Below are positions 37,801 to 48,832 of a DNA stretch of 50,644 nt, piece after piece. The notes under the pieces are model-generated. The model was not told where the DNA came from, searched no databases, and saw only the letters and a list, made by a program, of their open reading frames with translations. This DNA comes from Octopus bimaculoides (lineage: Eukaryota), in NCBI RefSeq assembly GCF_001194135.2, contig NC_068981.1, positions 193,272,005 through 193,322,648 on the forward strand. Reading direction: 5' to 3'. The stretch's first letter is position 1. Every line of letters begins with the position of its first letter. Both the position numbers and the translations under genes were made by a program.

Positions 37801-38299
37801 GAGATTGCCATATGAAGAACTCAAGACACCTTTATACCAAAAGGATTAGCATATCAATCTATGCCTATATATTTTTTTAGAAAGAGGGAGCCAATTGATA
37901 GCATCATCTGCAGTGGACTTTTTGTAAAGACTACAAAGCAAATCCCTTCCAGAGAGACAGGGGAGTGTTGGCGGATTTACAAGATGTCTGAAAACAGATA
38001 AATTTTCATTGTTATAGCAAGGACATTGTCATCCTCCCTGCTTCTCAAGACATACCATTGTATTGGCAAGGAACATAATTCTGATGAGCACCAAATTGGT
38101 TATCATGGTCAGTTTAACCAAGATCTTTTCCAGGAAGGAGTGAAATACTGCTTACAAAGTAATGCCATCAAAGGTAACTTAACCATTCATCAGATACTAG
38201 ATGGTGGAATTCTTAAAAAAAAAATAAATAAATAAATTTTCCGAAAAATGTCACAAAAATTGTTTTAAGTGGGATCTAACAAATCCTGTTAGTACTTTG

Positions 38300-38700
38300 T
38301 TCAACTTCTAACCACTCACAGATTCTGTGTCTTATCTTGTTGAATTCTAGTTAACTCACAATCCATCAGCTTTGATCAATCTGATTGCTCACAAAGTATT
38401 AAGTATATATATGACAAGATGCAAGAGAAGTATTCTGTAGCTGACTGATAGAATGGATAATGCAAGTCTTAGCAAAATAGATAGGTCAGTCAGTGCTTTG
38501 TCACAAAACTTGGTATTAAAAGAAGTATGAGTCTGGCAAGCAAACATTGCCAAATCATTAGGATACTTTGTAGATCGCTCATGTATAATTCTAAACGCAC
38601 ATTAGAAATGTCTTTTATAAGGAAGTGCTCCGACATCCACGAGGATGGAACACCAGTGTTTTGAAGTCAGGTCTTTCTTTATGCTATGCTAAGAGTATCT
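38300..38700 (-). mobile_element. Possible highly decayed CR1/Jockey-like RT remnant
   Basis: Short motifs NTGVP, SDLQSIL and AIRLI in the expected order with large deletions; weak. Confidence 0.3.
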
Positions 38701-39797
38701 ATGAAAACCAAAATTGTCCCATATCAAAACATTTGCCAGTTTGTAGTAATAGTGTAGTGTTACGATCCAGGCTTTTTGCAGGTCATTCCGATTATTAAAT
38801 CGATAAATTTATATGCCATTATACCTTGATTGATCAGGTAGAGATTAAACCAGGGTTTCCATCTTATGAGATGATTTAACTTTGAACGTGTGTATGTGTG
38901 TATATTATATATATANNNNNNNNNNNNNNNNNNNNNNNNNNNNNNNNNNNNNNNNNNNNNNNNNNNNNNNNNNNNNNNNNNNNNNNNNNNNNNNNNNNNN
39001 NNNNNNNNNNNNNNNNNNNNNNNNNNNNNNNNNTATATATACATACATCACACTCACAATGTATGTATATTGATAACTCATCTATCAAATTTTTGAGAAA
39101 ATAACTGATCAATAAGAATTATTTCAATTTATTGATACGAATCTCGCTCTAATATACACTACCATTCACTGTTTTTTGAAACTGTGGTTCACTTATGATT
39201 TGTTTTATTCAACGAAAAACAGAAAATGAGGGACAGAAAGTGTCTGCGGAAGGAAGGCGGCGAGACAAAATGAATCAAATGGGTATGGCAGAAACTCGTA
39301 TAATAATCCTTTCTAACATAGGCACAAGGCCTGAAATTTAAGGGAGGGGACAGTCGATTACATCGACCCCAATACTCAACTGGTACTTATTTTATCGACC
39401 CCCGAAGGATGAAAGGCAAAGTCGACCTCGGCGGAACTTGAACTAATAATAATAAACAAAAACAAAATTTGGAGAGTGGGGACAGGGTATAATCTCACCC
39501 CAGAAATTGTTGTTTCAGACAAAAAGATGCTGCAATTTTTTCTTTTTTTTTCTTCTTCTATTTTTCAAAATGAGATATTTACACAAGTTCAAAAAATTAT
39601 AAAAAAATATGGAAACATCTCCATCTTGTATGTGTGTGTGTATGTATGTATATATATATGTGTGTGCGTGAGAGAACAACATTGTCATCATTTAAGTTTT
39701 GTTTTAAACAATCTTTGAAGATATCATAATCCAGTCAATTGTTTTTTTTTTTACTTTTAAAACATATCGCACATAAATATACATTAGTATAACCTTG

Positions 39798-39828
<31 letters not shown>

Positions 39829-40282
39829 ATGTGTGTATGTCAGTGTGTGTGTTTGTGCGTGCTGGGTGTGATATTGGATTTGTAAGTGATTAGCGATGAT
39901 GGCTTTTTTTTTTTTTTATTTTGTCAGATTATTCATTACAAAACAGGTTAAGTGTGACGGATTTTCTGAGTAGATAACAGTCCAAAATAAGAGTCAAAAC
40001 TGTGGAGTAAAAAACCCATCACACTTTCACAGTTGGTATTAATTAAACTCACAAAAAGAAAAAAAAGAAAAACCTGTAGCCTTCACCAAATCCAACATGG
40101 TTGTCAGCCAAAAAACTGTGCGTAACCTCAGATTAAAAACAAAAAAAAAAATGGTTTTTCAGGAGATACAACATGGTAACCATCTGTATAGAATGATATC
40201 TTCGGAAATAAAAACAAAAACAAAACTGAAAAATTGTCAATTCAAAAAAAAAAAAAAATTGAAATTAAAATTAATAAAGTTT

Positions 40283-41101
40283 TCACCAACCCCCGTATGG
40301 GCCAGAGCCACGTGGAGTGAAACTGCCGCGACCACGAGTTGGGCCACCACCTAAGCCGTTACCATAGGGACAAGAGAAATTAGTACCATAAGCATCACTG
40401 GTATAGTTGGCGATTCCACCCGGATATGCATACCATCCAGCACTTGCACCCCCGTACCCGTAAGGACTTCCATACCCTTGAAATGCACCTCGTCCATATG
40501 GGTTCAACACACGGCTGTAAGCAGCAACACCGCTGCCGCCGCGGCCAGTTATTAGTTCGTCCTTGGAAACAGCTTTCTTCACTTCTACCTGTTTGCCTGA
40601 TAATTCAAAATGTTTCTTAATGACACACTTGTCTACACTATCATAGTCAGTGAAGGTAACAAAACAGAACCGCTTAAACTTGCCAGTACCCTTATCCCTG
40701 ATCATGTCGATCTTCTCAATTTCACCATAAGGCGAAAATGTGTTTCGAATTTCATCCTCGGTGCTGTCTTCTTTGATGCCTCCAACGAACATTTTACTGA
40801 CGCTAACTTTATTTTCAGGCGCCTCATCTTGCGGAATGGCTCGTTTCGTGTCCAACTTTCTGTTGTCGATGCAATGCGGCCGAGCTTCTTGCACCTTGTC
40901 CAGTGCTTCTGGACATACAAATGTGACGAAAGCAAACCCTTTGGACTGGTTTGTGGATGGATTTTTTACGATAACACATTTAGAAACCTCTCCCCAAGTT
41001 TGGAAATAGTTTTTCAATGACTCCTCAGATGTGTCCGAACTCAGTCGAGCTACGAACAACTTGCAGAATTTCTCTTCATCGGAGTTAGAAGTCATCGTCA
41101 T
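40283..41101 (-). CDS. HNRNPA1-like: hnRNP A/B-family (A1/A2B1/A3-like) RNA-binding protein, 272 aa, intronless CDS
   Basis: Uninterrupted ORF. RRM1 has RNP2 LFVARL and RNP1 KGFAFVTF, followed by RPHCIDNRKLDTKRAIP. RRM2 has RNP2 MFVGGI and RNP1 KRFCFVTF, then DYDSVDKCV and KQVEVKKAVSK. Gly/Tyr-rich tail ends RGSGPYGGW (PY-NLS-like). A at -3 of the ATG. Family-level call only; orthology not established. Confidence 0.95.
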   Translation of the reverse strand: MTMTSNSDEEKFCKLFVARLSSDTSEESLKNYFQTWGEVSKCVIVKNPSTNQSKGFAFVTFVCPEALDKVQEARPHCIDNRKLDTKRAIPQDEAPENKVSVSKMFVGGIKEDSTEDEIRNTFSPYGEIEKIDMIRDKGTGKFKRFCFVTFTDYDSVDKCVIKKHFELSGKQVEVKKAVSKDELITGRGGSGVAAYSRVLNPYGRGAFQGYGSPYGYGGASAGWYAYPGGIANYTSDAYGTNFSCPYGNGLGGGPTRGRGSFTPRGSGPYGGW

Positions 41102-41240
41102 TATTTTAATTAATTTTTGTTTTGTTTTGTTTCTCGTTTAATATTAAACAAGAAAATATCTGACTGCGACGAGCAGAATCTTTTTTTTTTCTTTTTTTAA
41201 GATATTTTTGCTGTGAAAGTTGGGTGTAGATGTAGAGAAG

Positions 41241-41656
41241 CTGAGAGAATATTTGTTATAGATGAGAGAGAAACAAAGTGAATGTATATTGAAAACTGAA
41301 AATAACTACAGAAGAGATAAAAGGTGTGAAATTATTAAACATATATTGATCAGGTTTTTTTTTTGGCCGATAAAGGATATGAAAATTCGACAAATATTTG
41401 TTAAAAAGAGTCAAGGAGTGGGACGAAAGTAAGAAAGTGAAACAAACCCTAAAAATCAAAGCAGAAAGAAACTAAAAAGAATGAGTGTGAAACTAGCCTC
41501 ATAAGGCAGCTAAATTAAAGGTAAAATAATCCGTTTGTTTGGTAGTAAAAAGATTTTGGTCCCGTTTCTGTTTGTGATATTCGGTTTGGAACAAGACACA
41601 GCAACATCTTTAGAACACAGACTCATAGAGTTATCTCTCCTTCAATTTTCCTTTAC
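41241..41656 (-). other. Candidate 5'UTR intron of the hnRNP gene
   Basis: Minus-strand donor TGAG|GTAAAG (intron starts 41656). Pyrimidine-rich acceptor ...TTCTCTCAG| at 41241, with an alternative ...CTTTCACAG| at 41211. Motif-only evidence. Confidence 0.4.
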
Positions 41657-42330
41657 CTCATAGATGGCGACGATTTCCGCTGAATTCTGCCAATAAGTTT
41701 ATATTTTACAAAATTTAATCACAATTTTCGAAATCCAGAAAAGTGAAGCGAAAAAAATGTATAAGACAGTAATTTATTTGTAAAGGATATTTAGTTTGGC
41801 AGATATAATTTTTTCTTTTGTTTGTCACATTAAAAAAAAAATCTCCGTGCAGAGTTGTTGTTCTTGAATTTATAGTCAGATTGTGACCACCAGATGTCGT
41901 CCTGGTCCACACTGCCAACGTCACGATTGAAACACTCTGGGACAGAACGAAAGAAAGAGAGAGGGAGACATAATGAGAGTGAGAGAGAGAGAGAGAGTCA
42001 CTAGCTTTAAGTCTGTCCTCGCCACCACCACCACCACTCCACTACTAAATAGAAATTTCGAAAGAGGTAATCGTTTCGAAACACATGACTTAAAAACTTG
42101 CCTGTATATAAGACGTTTGTATAAAATTAGATCGGTAGGAAAGCTTAGTTTTTCTGCGTGAACTCCTGAGCAAACATATAACCTGCTTTATAAACGAACG
42201 AGCTGTCAAGGGATCATCTATATGGCTGTGAAACCTGCTAGAAATACCAGCTAAATCCTCCCTTTCACCAACGGAGTTTTAAAATAGCTCTTCCGCCATT
42301 GTCTGAAGAAAGAGAGTACGGAATTAAGGG
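41600..42330. promoter_or_regulatory. Putative promoter region upstream of the hnRNP gene
   Basis: Locally CpG-retaining unique sequence with TAGATGGCG (41661-41669, YY1/CTCF-core-like), CCACCAGATGTCG (41887-41899, CTCF-like) and CTTCCGCCATT (42290-42300, ETS/YY1-like). Short motifs can arise by chance. Confidence 0.3.
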
Positions 42331-42685
42331 GCCAAAATATGTTAAACAATTTTTTTTTCTGCAAAAGAAAACGATGAGATCCTTTCAGGACCGTAATTTC
42401 CATTCTATCAAACACAGTAATATTCTCATGCTTTACACGGAAGAACATTTCATTTAATATTCTAATTAAACGGTCCTCTATAACTTTTTGTTACTAAACT
42501 CATCTAAATTCTTCATTCTTTTCAAAATTAACTGCTTGCATGGGCTGGGTGGAATTTGAATATATTGAAGCCGATTTTCTACAACTGGATGCCCTGGCTG
42601 TCACCAATCCTCACCTCTTTTCAATCGACATGTTTTCACTGAAGACTTGAGAATGATGGATACTGCTTGTGTGATGGTAATGCAC

Positions 42686-42858
42686 ATCGTCATCATCATC
42701 ATCATCATCATTGTTTAACGTTTGCCATCGATGCTGGCATGGGTGGGATGGTTTGACAGGAGCCGGCCAGGCTGAAGCCTGCACCAGACTTCTGTGACTG
42801 TTTTGGCAGGATTTTTACAGCTGGATGCTCTTCCTAACACCAAAAATACATACACGCT

Positions 42859-42891
<33 letters not shown>

Positions 42892-43570
42892 CATCATTTA
42901 ACGTCTGCTTTCCATGCTGGCATGGGTTGGATGGTTTGACTGAAGACTGGCAAGCCAGTAGGCTGCACCAGGCTCCAATCTAATTTGGCAAGGTTTCTAC
43001 AGCTGGATGCCCTTCCTAATGCCAACCACCCAGCAGAGTGCTTTTTACGTGACAAGCGCAAACAAGGTCAATTTTGGCAAGGTTTTTACTGCTGGATGCC
43101 CTTCCAAATGTCAACCACTTTACAGCGTGGTCTGGATGCTTTTTAAAAGGTACCTGCACTGACAAGTACCTTGTCAACAAGTACCTTGCAAGACAAAAAA
43201 AAAAATCTTTTGAGAGGGGAGGGGACATTGGGGGAGGTGATCATGTGCCGGATGATTAAAGGTTATATAGTGAGACACAGAGACAGAAACAGGTGTTTTG
43301 CTGTAGAGGAGGTAGAAGGTTACTCAACTGGAGAGAGAGAGATCAGAGATGAAGACAGAAACAGGTGTGCTGCTGCAAAGGAAATACATGGTGACCCAAC
43401 CTGATGGAAGTGCAGGAGAAGGCGAGAGAGAGTGGGAGACAGCAGGATAGGGATGGTGGCAAAGTGCTGGGTATACTCACAAGGGACGGGGATCAGAATA
43501 TAAATGGGATGGTTGAATAAAGGAAGACAGATATAGATGGTGGCAAGTGTCATGGCATACCCTTGAGGTT
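42686..43570 (-). mobile_element. RTE 3'UTR copy (homologous to 6003-6720) with an extra family B tail inserted at 42845-43025
   Basis: Colinear with 6003-6720 apart from the inserted microsatellite plus tail. Confidence 0.75.
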
Positions 43571-44031
43571 CAAATGTCATCATCATCATCATCATTTAAC
43601 GTCCATTGTCCAAGCTGGCATGGGTTGCACGGCTTGACTGGGCTGGAAGGCTGCACCAGGATCCAGTCTGATTTGGCATGGTTTTCTACAGCTGGATGAC
43701 ATTCCTAATGCCAACCACTCCGAGAGTGTAATGAGTGCTTTTATCTGCCATTTGCATGACCTCACAACTTATTCTGTAGTGTCAAAACAAGGCTCACTAA
43801 CACACACACACACGCACATATATATATGTACATATATGTGTATGTCGGCAGGTGTATGCATACCTTTGTACATATTTGCACAAACAGAGACATGCACACA
43901 CACCCATGTGTGAGTGGACAAATGAAAGAACACAACACATTTGGTAGAAATAAATATATTAGTATTTGATCCAGCTCCATGTAACTTGAATGTTTTGTAG
44001 ACTTGTCACATGAACTTTATATATATATATA

Positions 44032-44393
44032 GGCGTAGGAGTGGCTGTGTGGTAAGTAGCTTGCTTACCAACCACATGGTTACGGGTTCAGTCCCACTGC
44101 GTGGCACCTTAGGCAAGTGTCTTCTACTATAGCCTCGGGCCGACCAAAGCCTTGTGAGTGGATTCGGTAGATGGAAACTGAAAGAAGCTTGTTGTATATA
44201 TATGTGTGTGTCTGTGTTTGTCCCCACAACATTGCTTGACAACCGATGCTGGTGTGTTTACGTCCATGTAACTTAGTAGACCGATAGAATAAGTACTAGG
44301 CTTACAAAGAATAAGTCCTGAGATTGATTCGCTCGACTAAAGGCGGTGCTCCAGCATAGCCACAGTCAAATGACTGAAACAAGTAAAAGAGTA
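44032..44393 (+). mobile_element. tRNA-headed SINE, family A (near-complete reference copy)
   Basis: A-box TGGCTGTGTGGT, B-box GGTTCAGTCCC, CORE-like ACCTTAGGCAAGTG, internal microsatellite, tail AAACAAGTAAAAGAGTA; (TA)n on both sides. Confidence 0.85.
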
Positions 44394-44774
44394 TATATAT
44401 ATATATACACACACACACACATATATATGAGAGAGAGGCATGCACATGCAAGCAAAGCACATAAATGAAATAAAATATTGAAAGAGTAAAAGGCTGAGTA
44501 AAATACTGTGTGGCCGAGTGGTTAGGGTGTTGCACTTAACTATTCTGTAATGTCAAGACAAGGGGTTACTAGCACTCACACATGCATATACATACATATA
44601 TGTAATGAGCTTCTTTCTTATTTCCTTCTAACAAATCCACTCACAAGGCTTTAGTCGGAAGGTACCAAGTGGTGAGGAAGCAAACTTCTTAACAACACAG
44701 CCATGTCTGTATCAATAATTTAGGAGAAAATCTATCCAGCAGATGGATTATCACTTATCTACATGCCACAGCCA

Positions 44775-45175
44775 GTGATATCTTCGAGCAGGATCACTGC
44801 CAGAGCAGCGGTATCACTTCTGTGACGGTGACGTGTAAAAAGCACCATTTGAGCGTGATCGTTTCCAGCTTCACCTTACTGACACTTGTGCCAGTGGCAT
44901 GTGAACAAAGCATTGGATTGACTCCTGTGCAGGTGGCACGTAAAAAACACCATTTGAATGTGGCCGTTGCCAGTACCGCTGGACTGGCCCTCATGCCAAT
45001 GGTACATAAAAAGCATCCACTACACTCTCGGAGTGGTTGGCGTTAAGAAGGGCATCAAGCTGTAGAAACTCTGCCAGATCAGATTGGAGTCTGGTTCGCC
45101 AGTCCCCAGTCAAATCGTCCAACCCATGCTAGCATGGAAAGCGGACGTTAAATGATGATGATGATGATGATGATG
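44775..45175 (+). mobile_element. Family B copy (further tail fragments: 255-310 +, 7330-7505 +, 14330-14540 -, 22020-22600 +, 29771-29867 -, 33470-33612 +, 34560-35055 +, 36385-36525 +, 43577-43760 -)
   Basis: Shared GGCATCCAGCTGTAGAAAC box and (GAT)n tail. Confidence 0.75.
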
Positions 45176-46688
45176 AGTTCTGTTCCTCAGACACTGGCAC
45201 CTCTGAACTGTCAAATTGCCCTATACTCCACAGCTCTGTTGTGTTTTATCTCTGGATCCAGTTTGATGTTGGCTTTCACTTTTACTAAGGATTTACCAAA
45301 GTATATCTTTAACATAACTGGAACAACATCCCAAATTCTGGCCTTTTCTGACTTGCTCTCAAGTGAAACTGTCAATGGAATATCTGGGACAGAACTACTA
45401 CTACTACTACTACTATGCACACAGACATCTTGAAATGTATCCAGAGAAGGGTCACTTGATAGGCATTAGAACTCTAACAGACCCACAACTATTTCTTTTC
45501 TACTCTAGGCACAAGGCCTGAAATTTTTGGGGAGGGGGGGGGCAGTCAATTGACTCCATTACGCAACTGGTACTTAATTTATTGACCCCGGAAGGATGAA
45601 AGGCAAAGTTGACCTTGGCAGAATTTGAACTCAGAACGTAAAGACAGATGAAATACCGCTAAGCATTTTGCCCAGTGTGCTAATGTTTCTGCCAGCTCGC
45701 TGCCTTCCACAACTACTATTTCTGTTGCTACAATGATGGTTTTCTGATCCTCAAAGCTTGCTAGTTTTGTATCTCTTTCACTCAAACATTCCTGACTCAC
45801 TTATCTCTCCCCACCTCTAACCCCACTTGGGCCCACCGTCACTTTTCATTTGTGCACTAGCTTCTCAGTCCTTTCACCCCAATCCATCATCCCCCTGCAG
45901 TTTCTTCTCTCCCTCCCTGCTCATCTCTATCCTGCTGGTGTTAGCCTGCAACTGTTTAAATGGAACTCTTAAACTGGCAGTCCATCAGTTACGAGGACAA
46001 GGGTTCCAGGTGATCCAATCAACAGAACAGCCAGCTTGGGAAATTAGCATGCAAATGGCTGAGCACTCCACAGACATGTGTACCTTTAATGTAGTTCTCA
46101 GGGAGATCCAGCCTGACACAGAATGTAACAAGGTTGGCCCTTTGAAATACAGATACTTCTTATTTTTGCCAATAGAGTGAACTGCAGCAACGTGAGATAA
46201 AGTGTTCTGTTCAAAAGTATAATGCACCACTGAGAATTGAACATATAACTCTATGATCATGATCCAAACAGCCTAACCGCTAAGCTACACACCTTCAGCT
46301 ATTTGTGTGTTCATTTCACTTGATTCTATAAAGGAACATTAACACCATGAAGGTCACCAATCTCAGGGGACTGAAAAGGTCTTAGGAAGTACCCCTTAAT
46401 GTGAACTCAGCTATTAAAAACAAAACAAACAAAAAATAAACATATATATTCAGATTGTTGTTTATTTCCAGTCTTACATGAAAAACATATCTGACCATGG
46501 AGAAATATCTTGCTTGGAAACAGGTGAGTGTTGGAGACCGGAATGGCATCCAGCAGTAGAAAAACTGCCTCAACAAATTCCATTTGATCCATGCAAATAT
46601 GGAACATTGGATGTTAAATGATGGTGGTGAGGTTGATGATGATCTGTTTGTGTGTACCCTTGTCTAGACATTACATGATGATTATATA

Positions 46689-46904
46689 TTTCTTTATTGC
46701 CCACAAGGGGCTAAACATAGAGGGGACAAACAAGGACAGACAAAGGGATTAACCCCAGTGCGTAACTGGTACTTATTTAATTGACCCTGAAAAGATGAAA
46801 GGCAAAGTCGACCTCGGCAGAATTTGAACTCAGAACGTAACGGCAAACGAAATAATGCTAAGCATTTCGCCCAGCGTGCTAACGATTCTGCCAGCTCACC
46901 GCCC
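46689..46904 (-). mobile_element. SINE family C monomer (other monomers: 11851-12045 +, 16918-17100 +, 35981-36193 -, 39310-39444 -, 45498-45705 -)
   Basis: Shared AAGGATGAAAGGCAAAGTCGACC motif in each copy. Confidence 0.85.
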
Positions 46905-47584
46905 TGATGATTATAAATGAGCATATATATACATACACATAATCATAAATAGGCATATATATTATATATATGTATGTACGTATATACACCATACTCACCT
47001 TCACATCTATATGCTATACAATTGTGTGTGTTTGTTCATTTCCACTCTTCCATGAAAATCATGCCTGCCCATGGGAAAACATTACTTTACTTGGAAACGA
47101 AGGAGGGTTAGTGACAGGGTGGGACTATAGATGATCTGCTTCAACTAAATTGTCAGACTCATGGAAAATAGACATTAAATGTTGGCGGCAGCAACAACAA
47201 TGAAGATGGTTTTTTTTAAAAAGGTATATTAGATACATGTACATGATTTCTGGTTGTAATTACAGTGATAATTAATCTGATTAAAAGTGATTGTCTCATT
47301 GGAAGTGATGTATTAAATGTTGATAGTAAAACTCTGATGTACTTGGTTGTTTGTAATGTTAATAAAAGAGAAAAGCCTCAATTCATAATAACCATCTTCA
47401 GGATTTAACATCTGTCTTCCATGCTGGTGCATGGGTCAGACAGTTCTGACAAGCCCAGGGACTACATTTAGCTCGAATGTCTGCTATGGTAGGATACCAC
47501 AAAAAGAAAGCATTCGGTACACTCTGCAAAGTAGTTGGAACTAGAATGGATATCCAACCATAGGGAACCTTTGATTAGGAACAT

Positions 47585-47825
47585 GGTTAGCCTTGATAAG
47601 AAGCAGCTTGCCTTTGTGTCAAGAACAGGTATCATTAATGCCATATTCCTAGTGAAACAACTGGCAGAAGTACTTGGCTAGGAGTAAGCCCCTATACTAT
47701 GAAAAGGTTCCTCATTCTGTGATACGGTGTTATTAAGGAAGCTTACTGTTGACAAATGGCTTGCAAGAGTCATATAAGCCATGTACAGAGGTTTTAGTCA
47801 GCAATGAGTGCAGTAATGAATTTAA
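47585..47825 (+). mobile_element. RTE-clade RT fragment
   Basis: Remnant of the Q(F)GF..GT.DAIFLV.QL.EKY..KPL region: GTGIINAIFLVKQL / KYLARSKPL in shifting frames. Confidence 0.6.
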
Positions 47826-47829
47826 TGTG

Positions 47830-48420
47830 TACAGGGAGATGTATGAAGAATGTGGAAACAAAGGGCAAGCAAAGAGGCAATGTGAAAATGGGGTGCCAAG
47901 ATAAAATCAGAATAAAAGATGGACTGAGATAGTAGTTGGTTGGACATCTTGAAATGGAGCTTAAAGATGATGAAGTTATTCAGAGTGTTTATGATGTGCT
48001 CTTCAACCGAGCACATCCTCCCTATTTGTGCTGGGCATAATGTCCCCTTGTATGCCTCCTGTTTTCTAAGGGAGCAATCCTCAAACATATTCTGAATAGT
48101 TGCTCAGTTAGTAGACCAGATCCTTAAAATCACAACTGAAGCAATCAGTTGACAGCAAAATCTCTTTGTTTACAGCCCCAAGAAGACATTCTTAGTTAAA
48201 GATGGAGAGTGATCAAAGAAAAGGCCCAAGAACTGCTCTGACTATTTGCTTTCCACAGTGCATGACAGGAGAACCAGCTGAAATCTTTTCACAAATTATC
48301 CATGGCTTGACAAAATTAGACATTATCTTGGTTTTTTTGGTCAGAAGCTCATTTACTGGAACTGTGTCCTGAGAGGGAAAATCAAGGAAATTGGAAGAGG
48401 TGAAGGTTGTAAGATATCAG
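47830..48420 (+). mobile_element. HERO-like (R2 group) RLE retrotransposon fragment
   Basis: Remnants IQSVYDVL, GAILKHILNSCS (CCHC knuckle), KLDIIL and LEL..ERE in shifting frames. Confidence 0.5.
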
Positions 48421-48782
48421 AAATTAGTGGAGAATAGTTACAAGTACAGATGGGTCAGGTGTGTGCGAGTGAAGATGAGTGCTGGAGGTTTCATAGGTTG
48501 ATGCTTGAGTAAGAGTTAAGAAACCCTGCAAATTACAGAAGTAATCAGATGAGCAATCAAGGACAACATAAAAGCAGCAGGGAAAGCATTTTATTGGCTC
48601 TGGATAGTAAAAGGTGACCACTGAACACAGGCCAAGACTTCATCAGCCTTGGGTGGGGTGCCTGTAAGAGACTGGATGCTATATATACATACACATAATC
48701 ATAAATAGACATATATATTGTATATATGTATGTACGTATATACACCATACTCACCTATATGCTGTACAATTGTGTGTGTGCA

Positions 48783-48832
<50 letters not shown>

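Noticed and set aside
40426-41020. Plus-strand and alternate-frame ORFs overlapping the hnRNP CDS
   Set aside because: Shadow ORFs of a GC-richer coding region, with no recognisable motifs.
44032-44110. tRNA-like A/B boxes here and in other copies
   Set aside because: They are SINE heads continuing into SINE bodies; no complete cloverleaf is evident, so no tRNA gene is called.
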